NCBI GenBank assembly: GCA_965116475.1
Contig: OZ220691.1
Location: forward strand, 256,001-320,000
DNA length: 64,000 bases
Reading direction: 5' to 3'
Source of the DNA: Gemmatimonadota bacterium
GTDB lineage: Bacteria; Gemmatimonadota; Gemmatimonadetes; Palauibacterales; Palauibacteraceae
Shown here: one piece after another, positions 29,052 through 39,200 of the stretch
How positions within the stretch are numbered: the stretch's first letter is position 1
Layout: each line of letters begins with the position of its first letter
Translations under genes and position numbers: made by a program
The notes under the pieces: model-generated
Told to the model about the DNA's origin: nothing
Databases searched by the model: none
What the model saw: the letters and a program-made list of their open reading frames with translations, nothing else

Positions 29052-29087
29052 ATGACCAGACTTGACGACCAGTCATCCGATTGTCAA
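29052..29087 (-). promoter_or_regulatory. Toxin-antitoxin promoter/operator, probably leaderless
   Basis: Perfect TTGACA begins 36 nt upstream of the ATG; no SD; GACCAG direct repeats and a TGAC-N5-GTCA inverted repeat in between. Confidence 0.55.
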
Positions 29088-29152
29088 CCCTCGGCTCCTC
29101 CGAGTCCTGGTATTGGTTTGGCGGAGGAGGACGCGCGCGTTACGGTGGGGGC

Positions 29153-30604
29153 ATGGAACACGCTCAGCTTCCATCGGACGGTCTCGTGGTCGTCGTCAAG
29201 CGGGACTGCCCTACCTGCCAACTCGTCGAACCCGCGCTTGAGCGGCTCGCGGCCGACCCCGGCGGCCTGGCCGTCTTCAGCCAGGACGACCCGGGCTTCC
29301 CCGCCGCCGTCCCGGGTGTCATCGACGACACGGCACTCGAACACTCGTTCCGGCTCGACGTAGAGACGGTTCCCACGCTCGTGCGCTTCGAGGGCGGGCA
29401 AGAGGTGGGCCGCGCGGTGGGGTGGAACCGGGCGGAGTGGCGCGACCTGACGTCGACGCCGGACCTGGGCGCGGAACTGCCCGAGTTCCAGCCGGGCTGC
29501 GGTTCCCGGTCCGTGGAACCCGGCGCGGCGGAGCGGCTGCGGGCGCGCTTCGGCGAGACCGGCATCGAAGCGCGACAGGTGGCGCTGGACCCGCATGCGG
29601 ACGCCGTGGAGGCCTGCTTCGAGCGCGGGTGGACGGACGGACTGCCCGTCGTCCCGCCGACTCCGGAGCGGATCCTGCGCATGCTCGCGGGCACGCCCCG
29701 GGCTCCGGACGAGGTCGTGGGCGCGGTGCCGCCGGACTACGCGGAGTGCACGGTCGAGAAGGTGGCGATCAACGCCGTGCTCGCGGGCTGCAAACCGGAG
29801 TACATGCCCGTCCTGCTCGCCGCGCTCGAGGCCGCGCTCGACCCGGGCTTCACGCTGCACGGCATTCTGTGCAGCACGTGCTTCACGTCGCCTCTCATCA
29901 TCGTCAACGGCCCCATCGCCCGCCGCATCGGGATGAACGCGGGACTCAACGTCCTCGGGCAGGGGAACCGAGCCAACGCCACCATCGGCCGGGCGCTCAA
30001 CCTCATCGTGCGCAACGTCGGCGGCGGCCGGCCCGGCGAGATCGACCGATCCACCTTCGGGGCGCCGAGCAAGTACACGTTCTGCTTCGCGGAGGACGAG
30101 TCGGACGACGAATGGGAGCCGCTCTCGGTGGCGCGCGGCCTCCCGCGCGGGGCCAGCGCCGTCACGCTCTTCCAGGGCGAGGGCGTGCAGGGGGTCATGG
30201 ACCAGCGCTCCCGCACGCCCGAGGAGTTGACCGCGTCGCTGGCGGCGTGCCTGCTGGCCGTCTGCCACCCGAAGATCTGCGAGTGGGCGCACGCGGTGCT
30301 GCTCCTTTCGCCGGAGCATTACGGTATCTACCGGGCGGCGGGCTGGGACCGGGCGCGGATCACCAAGGCGCTGCTCGAGGCGACGACGCGGCCGCTGAGC
30401 GAGGTGGCGCGCGGCGCGGGAGGCCTCGCCGAGGGCGTGCCGGATTCGGAGACGCGCCGCCACGTGCCCAAGTTCCTGCCCGGTGGACTGCTCCTCGCCC
30501 GGGCCGGCGGCGCGGCCGGACTGTACTCCGCCATCCTGGCCGGCTGGCCCGGCGGCCGCGCCTGGCAGCACTCATACCCCATCACGAGAGAGATCGACAC
30601 ATGA
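29153..30604 (+). CDS. Thioredoxin-like (CPTC) domain fused to a UGSC-partner domain
   Basis: VVKRDCPTC...VPTLV Trx-like fold; PGCGS; GWTDGLPVVPPT, EKVAINAVLAGCKPEY, LCSTC, ANATIGRAL; ATGA overlap with the selenoprotein. Confidence 0.8.
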   Translation: MEHAQLPSDGLVVVVKRDCPTCQLVEPALERLAADPGGLAVFSQDDPGFPAAVPGVIDDTALEHSFRLDVETVPTLVRFEGGQEVGRAVGWNRAEWRDLTSTPDLGAELPEFQPGCGSRSVEPGAAERLRARFGETGIEARQVALDPHADAVEACFERGWTDGLPVVPPTPERILRMLAGTPRAPDEVVGAVPPDYAECTVEKVAINAVLAGCKPEYMPVLLAALEAALDPGFTLHGILCSTCFTSPLIIVNGPIARRIGMNAGLNVLGQGNRANATIGRALNLIVRNVGGGRPGEIDRSTFGAPSKYTFCFAEDESDDEWEPLSVARGLPRGASAVTLFQGEGVQGVMDQRSRTPEELTASLAACLLAVCHPKICEWAHAVLLLSPEHYGIYRAAGWDRARITKALLEATTRPLSEVARGAGGLAEGVPDSETRRHVPKFLPGGLLLARAGGAAGLYSAILAGWPGGRAWQHSYPITREIDT

Positions 30605-31164
30605 CCGCTCCGACCGCGGGCAGCCCTCCGACACCGGCGACGCCGGCGACTGTCCTCCACGACCCCACCTCCGAACTCGCCCCCGAGATGCGCCCGCGGC
30701 GCGCGCCTCCTCCGTCGCTCGAAGGACGGGTGGTGGCGCTCCAGGGGATCGGAAAGCTCCGCAGCGACGAGTTCCTCGACCACGTGAAGGCGCGGCTCGA
30801 AGCGCGCGGCATCGCGACGATCCGCACCGACAAGCCGACCAACGCCCGGCGGGCATCGACCGAACTCCTGCAGAGGATCGCCACCGAGGCCGATGTCGTG
30901 GTGCAGGCGCTGGCCGATTGAGGGTCCTGCACGTCGTGCGGTCTGCACGACCTCAGAGACCTCGATGAACGCGGGATCCCCGGCTGCTTCGTCGTCACGA
31001 CCGAGTTCGAGGAAGCCGCGCGCAGCCAGTCCCGCTCGCTCGGCTTCGAGCCCGGCATCGTCTGGGTCCCGCACCCGATCCAGAACCGCACCGCGGCGGA
31101 ACTCGAGGCGCTGGCCGAGGAGGCGATCGACCCGATTCTGGCCATGATCACCACCACGGACTGA
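30601..31164 (+). CDS. UGSC-family selenoprotein (187 aa, Sec107 encoded by TGA 30919-30921)
   Basis: Reading through the TGA gives ...VVVQALAD-U-GSCTSCGLHDLRDLDERGIPGCFVVTTEF...PHPIQNRT...TTTD*; SECIS-like hairpin follows. Confidence 0.9.
30933..30951 (+). other. Bacterial SECIS element
   Basis: GTCGTGC-GGTCT-GCACGAC, a perfect 7-bp stem starting 11 nt after the UGA; GGUCU loop as in the E. coli fdhF SECIS. Confidence 0.85.
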
Positions 31165-31309
31165 CCCCGACTGATCCCCCGGCGGTCCGACCGGCCGGGC
31201 CGGACCGTCTCTCGCGGGCGCGTGCCCGGAACCCTCGGACTTGCTCACGGCGTCGAAAGCCGTCTATTTGGCAGCAGCAGGATCGAGACTGAAACAGCCA
31301 GGAGGCCGC

Positions 31310-32617
31310 ATGCCGACCCGCCGACGATTCCTCGCCCGCCTCGGGGGCTCCGCCGCAGCCGCCGGAGCCATGACCATGGTTCCCACGAAGTGGAGCACCG
31401 CAGTCGCGGCGGCCCGCGACCTGTCCCGCACGCCCGGCTCCGCCGAGGAGATCGCGCGCGACGAGGAGTTCTGGCTCGAGATCCAGAAGGCGTTCACCAC
31501 CGACCGTTCCCTCGTCAACCTCAATAACGGGGGCGTGAGCCCGACGCCCGCCCACGTGCTCGAGGCGATGAAGCGGGACCTCGACTTCGCGAACCAGATC
31601 CCGGTCTACAACGGGTGGCAGATCCTCGAGCCGCAGCGGGAGGGCGTCCGCGCCCGGCTCGCCCGGCAGTGGGACGTGGACCCGGAGGAAGTCGCGATCA
31701 CGCGCAACGCCTCGGAGGGCCTCCAGATCCTCCAGAACGGGTACGACCTCGAGCGCGGCGACGAAGTCGTGACGACGACCCAGGACTACGGGCGCATGAT
31801 CACGACGTTCCAGCAGCGCGAGCGCCGCGAGGGGATCGTCATGAAGCAGTTCAAGATCCCGGTCCCGGCCGAGGATCCGGCCGAGATCGTGCGGCTGTTC
31901 GAGGAGCAGATCACCGACCGCACGCGGCTCATCCTCATGTGCCACATGATCAACATCACCGGGCAGATCCTCCCCGTGCGCGAGGTCGTGGAGATGGCGC
32001 GCGGCTACGGCGTGCCCGTCCTCGTTGACGGCGCGCACTCGCTCGCGCACCACGACTTCACCCTCTCCGAACTGAACTGCGACAACTACGCCGTGAGCCT
32101 GCACAAGTGGCTCCACGCCCCGGTCGGGACCGGCCTCCTCTACGTGAGGCGGGAGAAGATCCCCGAGATCTGGCCGCTGCAGGCCGCGCCCGAGAGCAGC
32201 AATGACGACATCCGCAAGTTCGAGGCGATCGGCACGCACCCCGAGGCCAACTTCCTCGCCATCGGCGAAGCGCTCACCTTCCACCAGCTCGTCGGCGGCG
32301 AGCGCAAGGAGGCGCGCCTCGTCCACCTGCGGAACTACTGGGCCGAGCAGCTCCTCGAGCACGACCGCTTGCGGCTCAACACGAGCCTCAAACCGGGCCT
32401 CGCGTGCGGGATCGCCAACGTCCAGGTCGAGGGCATCGACACGAGCGCGCTCCGCAACTGGCTGTGGAACCGGCACCGCATCTTCACGGTCGGCATCAAC
32501 CACGCCGAGTTCACGGGCCTGCGCATCTCGCCGTCCACCTACACGACGATCGAGGAACTCGACCGCTTCGTGGACGCGATGACCCGCGCGGTGAAGCACG
32601 GCATCCCCGCCTCATGA
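31310..32617 (+). CDS. Tat-exported class V PLP-dependent enzyme (isopenicillin N epimerase-like)
   Basis: TRRRFL Tat motif; NLNNGGVSPTP, TRNASEG, VDGAHS, SLHKW PLP lysine, LRISP. Confidence 0.88.
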   Translation: MPTRRRFLARLGGSAAAAGAMTMVPTKWSTAVAAARDLSRTPGSAEEIARDEEFWLEIQKAFTTDRSLVNLNNGGVSPTPAHVLEAMKRDLDFANQIPVYNGWQILEPQREGVRARLARQWDVDPEEVAITRNASEGLQILQNGYDLERGDEVVTTTQDYGRMITTFQQRERREGIVMKQFKIPVPAEDPAEIVRLFEEQITDRTRLILMCHMINITGQILPVREVVEMARGYGVPVLVDGAHSLAHHDFTLSELNCDNYAVSLHKWLHAPVGTGLLYVRREKIPEIWPLQAAPESSNDDIRKFEAIGTHPEANFLAIGEALTFHQLVGGERKEARLVHLRNYWAEQLLEHDRLRLNTSLKPGLACGIANVQVEGIDTSALRNWLWNRHRIFTVGINHAEFTGLRISPSTYTTIEELDRFVDAMTRAVKHGIPAS

Positions 32618-33780
32618 CCGAGACCTTTGACATGGCCTTGATTCAGCGTGGGGCGCGGCTCCGCCGTTCGCCGTACTTCGAGGCCACGCTCCGGGACGGG
32701 TGCCGGAGCTATACGGTCTACAATCACATGTTTCTCCCGACGCGCTACGACGACCTCCACGCGGAGTACGAGAAGCTCCTGAACGGGGTCACGGTGTGGG
32801 ACGTGAGCGTCGAGCGGCAGGTGGAGATCACCGGGCCGGACGCCTTCGAGTTCACGAACCTGCTCACGCCCCGGGACCTCTCGAAGTGCGCCGTCGGGCA
32901 GGGCAAGTACGTCCTCATCGGGGCCGACGACGGGGGCATCGTGAACGACCCGGTGCTGCTGCGCCTGGGCGAGAACCACTTCTGGCTCGCGCTGGCGGAC
33001 AGCGACGTGCTGCTGTACGCGAAGGGGATCGCGCTCAACGCCGGCCTCGATGTCGAGATCCGCGAGCCGGACGTCTCTCCCATGCAGGTGCAGGGCCCGA
33101 AGTCGAAGGAAGTCGTGCGCCGGCTGTTCGGGGACGACGTCGTCGAGCTGCGCTACTACTGGTTTCTGGAGACGGACCTGGATGGCATCCCCGTGGTCGT
33201 GACCCGCACGGGGTGGAGCGGCGAGGTCGGCTACGAGATCTACCTGCGGGACGGAAGCCGGGGCGTCGAACTCTGGGACCGCGTGATGGAGGCGGGCCGC
33301 GACCTGGGCATCTCTCCCACCGGCCCGTCCGACATCCGCCGCATCGAAGCCGGTATCCTCAACTACGGCATCGACATGACGCTGGACACGAACCCGTACG
33401 AGGTCGGGCTCGGCTGGCAGGTCGACTTCGACCAGGAGGGCGACTTCATCGGCCGCGAGGCACTGGCCCGGATCGCCGAGGCGGGGCCCCGCCGGCTCCT
33501 CGCCGGCGTTGAAATCTCGGGCGCGCCGCTCGACCTGAACATGGACCGCTGGCCCGTACACGGCGGCGGCGGCGCGAACGGGGACACCGGCGTGATCGGA
33601 TTCGTCACGTCCGCCGTGTATTCGCCGCGTCTCGGGAAGAACATCGGCTACACCCTCGTCCCGGCCGCGGCCGGGGAGCTTGGCACGCGCCTGGCCGTGA
33701 CGACGCCGCACGGGGAGCGGGACGCCGTCGTGGTGCCCCGGCCCTTCGTGGATCCCCGCAAGGAGATCCCGAAGTCCTAG
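32614..33780 (+). CDS. GcvT-family THF-dependent aminomethyltransferase/demethylase, DmdA-like
   Basis: RLRRSPY...YTVYNHMFLP...WDVSVERQVEITGPDA...TPRDL, LADSD, EPDVSPMQVQGPK, RIEAG. Confidence 0.85.
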   Translation: MTETFDMALIQRGARLRRSPYFEATLRDGCRSYTVYNHMFLPTRYDDLHAEYEKLLNGVTVWDVSVERQVEITGPDAFEFTNLLTPRDLSKCAVGQGKYVLIGADDGGIVNDPVLLRLGENHFWLALADSDVLLYAKGIALNAGLDVEIREPDVSPMQVQGPKSKEVVRRLFGDDVVELRYYWFLETDLDGIPVVVTRTGWSGEVGYEIYLRDGSRGVELWDRVMEAGRDLGISPTGPSDIRRIEAGILNYGIDMTLDTNPYEVGLGWQVDFDQEGDFIGREALARIAEAGPRRLLAGVEISGAPLDLNMDRWPVHGGGGANGDTGVIGFVTSAVYSPRLGKNIGYTLVPAAAGELGTRLAVTTPHGERDAVVVPRPFVDPRKEIPKS

Positions 33781-33824
33781 TGTAGCGACACGACGTTAGC
33801 GCGCGCCGCGACCCACCGGGGCCG

Positions 33825-34391
33825 TCAGTGCCGCAGGCCCAGGAAGGACGGTATCGCGCGCCCGAACCAGCGTCCGATCGCGCTCACCGGTACCGAAACG
33901 CCTACTGCCCTGGAGTTCTGCGGCGGGTCCGTGCTCGGCGCGTCGCCGGCGTCGCCGCCCCCAACCCCTGCCGCGGCGGCAGCGAGCGCCACAGTTCCCG
34001 CGAGGATCCCGGCACCGAGCAGCACGCTCTTCGTCGTCGAGAATTCGCGCACTTCGATGCTTGCGACGCCATCCCGGGCCACGCGCAGGGTGTCGTACTG
34101 CACGACGTCCTGGAACAGGCCGAGAGTATGCCGCGTGCTCGCTTCGAACTCGATCGTATCTCCCACGCTGATGACCTTCCCCTCGACGGCGACCGTCCCG
34201 GATGGCGAGCTGGGATTGACGATCGCGGACTGGACCGGCACGCGCAGTCTGGCCACGGAGCCCACGGGCGCGTCGTCGACGATCCGGTAGGAGTAGCAAC
34301 CCGACACCGTGAGCCCGACCGCCAGGAAGGCGAGGGTCCGGTGTCCCCATCGCCGCGCTCCGCCGCGCGGCGGAGAGTCAGAACTCAACAT
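33825..34391 (-). CDS. Hypothetical lipoprotein with a C-terminal hydrophobic segment
   Basis: Lipobox LTVSGC; last gene of the susC/susD-like operon. Confidence 0.65.
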   Translation of the reverse strand: MLSSDSPPRGGARRWGHRTLAFLAVGLTVSGCYSYRIVDDAPVGSVARLRVPVQSAIVNPSSPSGTVAVEGKVISVGDTIEFEASTRHTLGLFQDVVQYDTLRVARDGVASIEVREFSTTKSVLLGAGILAGTVALAAAAAGVGGGDAGDAPSTDPPQNSRAVGVSVPVSAIGRWFGRAIPSFLGLRH

Positions 34392-34854
34392 CGAGGTCTC
34401 GCGTCAGGAGTTGGTTGAACGAATAGACGAAGTGCCAGGGATCGTCCGGGAATATCCCGCCGGTTTCGTTGAGAAGACCGCGGTCGTCCACGTTCACGAT
34501 GACCTGGACCGCAAGCGTATCCCCTTCCAGGGACTCCGCCTGGACGAACCACCGTCGGTCGATGGAGATATCCATCGCTCTCTGGAAGGGGATCTCGTGA
34601 ATGACCGTGTCCGACCGGACGACCTGCACCCGCGTCACGCCGAACTCGTTGAGGCCGGCCACGAACTGGGTGGAGTAGATGGCCCTGACGCGGTCGCCCG
34701 CCTCGCCCCGCATCTCGAAATAGATGTTCTCGGGCGTCGGGTCATCGAAAACCTCCGAGCACCCGCCGAGGGCGATCGCGGCCAGCAGGAGCGGCAGTCC
34801 CACAAAGGGGGTGGCAGAGGCGGCGGGTGCGGCCCGCCGCCTCCCCCCTGACAT
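34378..34854 (-). CDS. Hypothetical lipoprotein
   Basis: Lipobox IALGGC; TGATG coupling to the susD-like gene. Confidence 0.7.
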   Translation of the reverse strand: MSGGRRRAAPAASATPFVGLPLLLAAIALGGCSEVFDDPTPENIYFEMRGEAGDRVRAIYSTQFVAGLNEFGVTRVQVVRSDTVIHEIPFQRAMDISIDRRWFVQAESLEGDTLAVQVIVNVDDRGLLNETGGIFPDDPWHFVYSFNQLLTRDLDVEF

Positions 34855-36185
34855 CAACCTCCGCAACCCAGTCCGTTCAGATGGCAGTTCGCCCGCAGTT
34901 CGATGATCGAAATCGGGAGCATCGTGCCCGGCGCGGCGGACGCGGCGGCGGCGCCCTGCCACTTGGGATCCGTGAGGCCCCACCTGTACATGTCCGCCAG
35001 GCGCAGACCCTGCAGCATCACGTTCACCCGGCGCGTGTGCTGGAGCATCTCCATCTCGGAGATCTGGCCGGAGTACGGCGTCAGGCCGTCCAGCGCGCGG
35101 ATGTGATTGATGTGCATGGCGAAGCCGTTGGAATCCCCGCCTGCCAACGCGTTCTCGGCCAGAATCAGGTGCATCATCCGGGCGGAGGCCAGCGTCAAGG
35201 GCGGATAGATCCCGCCCTTGTCGAGATAGTTGCCGCCCTTCCACTGATTCAGCCACTTGATGACGGCCGGATCGTCGACGTTATCGATGGGATCCTGGAG
35301 TGCGATACCGTTGATGTCGTTCTGGTCGTCGACCGTGGCGATCGAGAGGTCGATCTGGTTCTCCTTGCGGTCGTTGACCCAGGACGCCATCGAGTTGGAC
35401 CTGCTGGCACTCGAGAAAGTCAGGTTGGACGTCCAGTCCGGCTGGACGCTCGCCAGAACCGCACTGGCGTCCATTCCGGCCTCGGCCGAGGCCGCCAGCC
35501 CGTTCCCGGATGGCGACGGGTTGATCGCGTCCCATATCGCGCGGGACTGTCGGGCGCGGGCGCGGAGCGCCCTGGCCTGCGTCGCCATGTCCGTGGCCCC
35601 CACCTCGTTGAAGCCGGCGATGGCCGAGGAGAACTTGTCGATCGCGCCGTCCAGGACCTGGTACATGTTGGCCGGTCCGATCGGAGGTCCGCTCTCCGTC
35701 TTGTCGGAGAACGCGAAGTCCTCCTGGATCTCCCCGATCACCATGTAGATGATGCCGGAGTACAGGTAGGCGCGCGCCAGATCGGTCTTGATCTGGGTGG
35801 ATGGGTTGTTGCCGTGGTGCTCCTGGACGATTTCGATGGCTTCGTCGCTCATCCACCGAGCCTGTCCCATGGCCGGGAATGGGCCATCGATGAACTCGTT
35901 CAGCGGATCATCCACGAATCCGAGATCGAGCGAGAGCCAGGCATCCCTGGAGCCGATCCAGCGCATCTCGTCGGACGCCACCAGGTACGGCTGCCAGGAC
36001 TGGGACACGGAAGAGGCCACGAGCGTGAGCGTTCCGTTCACGACGGCGGCGGCCGCCGCCTCCTGGCGGATGTCCTCCTCGACCAGGTCGTTGGGATTGT
36101 TGACGTCCAGCAGGTCGCCGCACCCAAGCGTGAAAGCGGCCAGAAGAGGCGCGGCCAACCAGGCCCTGATATTTCGATTCCTCAT
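34854..36185 (-). CDS. SusD/RagB-like nutrient-binding lipoprotein
   Basis: FTLGCGDLLDVNNPN, MHLILAENAL...INHIRA...RRVNVMLQGLRLADMYRW. Confidence 0.85.
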   Translation of the reverse strand: MRNRNIRAWLAAPLLAAFTLGCGDLLDVNNPNDLVEEDIRQEAAAAAVVNGTLTLVASSVSQSWQPYLVASDEMRWIGSRDAWLSLDLGFVDDPLNEFIDGPFPAMGQARWMSDEAIEIVQEHHGNNPSTQIKTDLARAYLYSGIIYMVIGEIQEDFAFSDKTESGPPIGPANMYQVLDGAIDKFSSAIAGFNEVGATDMATQARALRARARQSRAIWDAINPSPSGNGLAASAEAGMDASAVLASVQPDWTSNLTFSSASRSNSMASWVNDRKENQIDLSIATVDDQNDINGIALQDPIDNVDDPAVIKWLNQWKGGNYLDKGGIYPPLTLASARMMHLILAENALAGGDSNGFAMHINHIRALDGLTPYSGQISEMEMLQHTRRVNVMLQGLRLADMYRWGLTDPKWQGAAAASAAPGTMLPISIIELRANCHLNGLGCGG

Positions 36186-36207
36186 GGTATGGTTCCCCCG
36201 CTTGGAT

Positions 36208-39200
36208 CTAGAAAGTGACGCGCACGGACATCGTGAAGCGCCGCGGCACCGGAATGCCCCAGCCTTCCGTCGAATTCAGGAAGTTGCAGCTGAGGCCTCC
36301 GTTGCAGCGCCCGAGGACGTTGCCCTCCGGGTCCATGCCGGGGTAGTCGCCCAGCATGAAGAGCAGCAGGTTGCGCACGCCCATGTTCACCGTAGCGGCC
36401 GAGAAGCCCCAGCGCTGGACGAACGTGGCCGGCACCCGGTAGCTGAGCGACAGCTCGCGCCACTGAATCCAGTCGGCGTCGTAGATCCCGTTCATGCCGC
36501 TCATCGGGGAGAGCCCCTCGACTTCGTGGGCCCAGGCGACCGCCGCATCGAGCCGCTCCTCGGCCGACGAGCCGGGGTTCAGCATCGTGGCGTACAGCTC
36601 GGCCGAGCGCGGCGTGTTGCGCCCGATGAAGTTGTTGGCGCGCCGGAACATGCCCGACAGATCCTGCACCTGGTGACCGAACTTGTACTCCATGAGCGTC
36701 GTCAACTGGAAGTTGCCCAGGAACGCGAGGTCGAAGCCGAAGGAGCCCGCGTAGTCCGGGGTCGGGTTGCCGAGGTGCGTATCGAGCAATCCGGCCCCGC
36801 AGTTGTGCGACGCCAGCCCGCCGTTGGGCACTCCGAAGTCCTCGTTGCCGATCGCAAGCGGCTTGAAGCTGTTGGGATTGCGCGGCTGACTGAAGTACGC
36901 GAGCGCCTGATCGCGCGTCGGCACCACGCACTGGCCGTCGACCGGGTCGAGGATGTTCAGCGGGATCGCCACATCGGCGACCCTTGCGCCGAAGAAGGCG
37001 CCCGGCGTGAAGCCCTCGACCAGGTAGTTGCGGTAGCGCGGGTAGCTGCCACCGGTCTTCAGAGGCGGCGCGCCGCCCATGTCGGTGATCTGCTCCGACA
37101 GGAAGGCCGTGTTCGCGAAGACGTTGAGCGAGATGTCCCGCGCCTGGATCAGGTTGCCGCGGATGCCGAGCTCGACGCCGTGGGCCGTGACTTCGCCGAT
37201 GTTGTCGAGCTGGGTCTGCGTGAACCCGCCCGTGACCGGGAACTGGCGCGCGACCATGGCATCGGTGACGACCCGGTCCCAATAGGTCGCCTCGATGGAC
37301 CACCGGTCGTTGAAGAGTCCGAGGTCGATCCCGAACTCCAACTCCGTGGACACCTCGGGCTTCAACTGCTCGTTGCCGAGATTCGACGGCTGGACGCCGG
37401 GACCCACCTCGGTGCCCAGCGACGAGAACGTCGTGAACTTGTCGAAGGCGCCCGGCTGCAATCCGGACGTGCCGTAGGCTCCCTTGATCCGCATCGACGA
37501 GAAGAGCTCGCTGTCCCAGCGTTCGCTCGGGACGATGGCGAAGTTGGCCTTGGGATAGAGGGCGGTGTTGAACGCCTCGCCGAACGCCGAGTTGGCATCC
37601 AGGCGCGCGCCCACGGTGAGGAAGAGCCAGTTGTCCCACCCGACCTGGTCCTGCACGTATCCGCCGATCTGCGTCACCCGGAGCCAGTTCTCGAACGAGG
37701 ACTCGGAGCCAAGCGCCGACAGGGTCTCCAGCCCGGGACCGGGGAAGTCGCGTCCGCTGCCGCCCGCCGACTGCGACTGGCGCAGGAAGCCCTGGCCGCC
37801 GAACAGCAGCGTGTTCTCGAGGCGGCTGGTGCTGAAGACGTACGATCCCTTGATGTCGGCCGTAAGCTCGCGGCTGCGGTTCTCCTGGACGTTCCGGCTC
37901 CCGTCCGGGGTCGAGCCCGAGAAGCCGTCCACGTTCCACCGGTAGGGGCGGAAGCTGACCGCGTCGTCGGACGTGAAGTCGATCCCGAAGGTTCCGTTGA
38001 TGTTGAACGCTTCCGAGGGCGAGAAGTCGATGTTCGTGGATCCCGCGAAGTGCTGCGAGTTCACGAAGTTCAGCTGATATGCGTTCTCGCGCAGAGTGGC
38101 GAACGCCGGCTGGCCGTAGAAGTTGATCTGCCCGAGTTCCGGGTTGTCGTTGGCGAGCCGCAGCTGGGACATGAGCGCCGACGAGAACACGCCGTAAATG
38201 TTGTTCGAGTTGTCGGGCGTGTGGTGCTCCATGTCCGAATAGAGCGTCGTGACGCCGATGCGCAGATCACTGCTCGGGATCAGCGTGAAGTTGGTGTGGA
38301 TCGACGCGCGGCGGTTGGTGTCGTTCTCGGGGTCCAGCCCCTCCACCGCTTCGAAGTTCCTCGACGCGTCGTACGGCCCGTCCTCGCTGGCGAGGCGCGC
38401 GGAGGCGAAGTACTGGAACACGCTCGATCCACCCTGCAGGGATCCGGAGTAGGTCTGGCCGAACCCGGTGGTAAGCAGATCGGGAATCAGATCGCGCTCG
38501 ATCGGCTCCCAGGGCGACACGGGCTGTCCCCAGCGCGACGACATAAGGTTCACGGCGTCCGACAGCCGTTCGGCGTCGCCGTCTCCCGTGCATCCGGGAC
38601 TGGAGCAGACCCGGCCGGCGAAGTCGGCGACCGGCAGGATGCGGTTGGTCGGCACGGAGATCCCGGTCAGGTCGCCCCGGAACGTGAAGCGCGGGGTTCC
38701 GATGGTGCCGCGCTTCGTGAAGATCTGGATCACGCCGTTCGAGGCTTCCGTCCCGTACAGCGTCGCGGCCGCTGCGCCCTTCAGAATCTCGACACGCTCG
38801 ATGGACTCGGGCGGAATGTCGTCGAGACGGGAGGGGTTCCCCTGCCCGTTGAAGTTCTGCACGGCGGAGCGGTCCACGCGGATGCCGTCAACGTAGACGA
38901 TGGGCTCGTTCAACTGCGACAGCGACGCGGATCCGCGGATGCGGATGCGGGCGCCTTCGCCCGTGTAGCCCGACGACGGCAGCGCCACCACTCCGGGCTC
39001 GCGGCCCGCGATGAGCTGGCTGAAGTCGGAGATGGGCGCGTTCTCGAGCTCCGCAGCGTCGAGGGTCGCGATCGTGTGGCCGAGCCTGCGCTTCTCGGTC
39101 GCGACGCCGGTGCCCGTCACGACGATCTCGTCCATCTGGACCGCGGTGACGTTCAGAGCGAAGTCGAGCGTCGCGGTCGAGCCGGCGGTGACGGTCACGG

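Noticed and set aside
31310-32617. Class V PLP enzyme as a selenocysteine lyase or cysteine desulfurase serving the selenoprotein
   Set aside because: It lacks the SufS RxGHHCA and IscS SSGSAC catalytic Cys loops and carries a Tat signal
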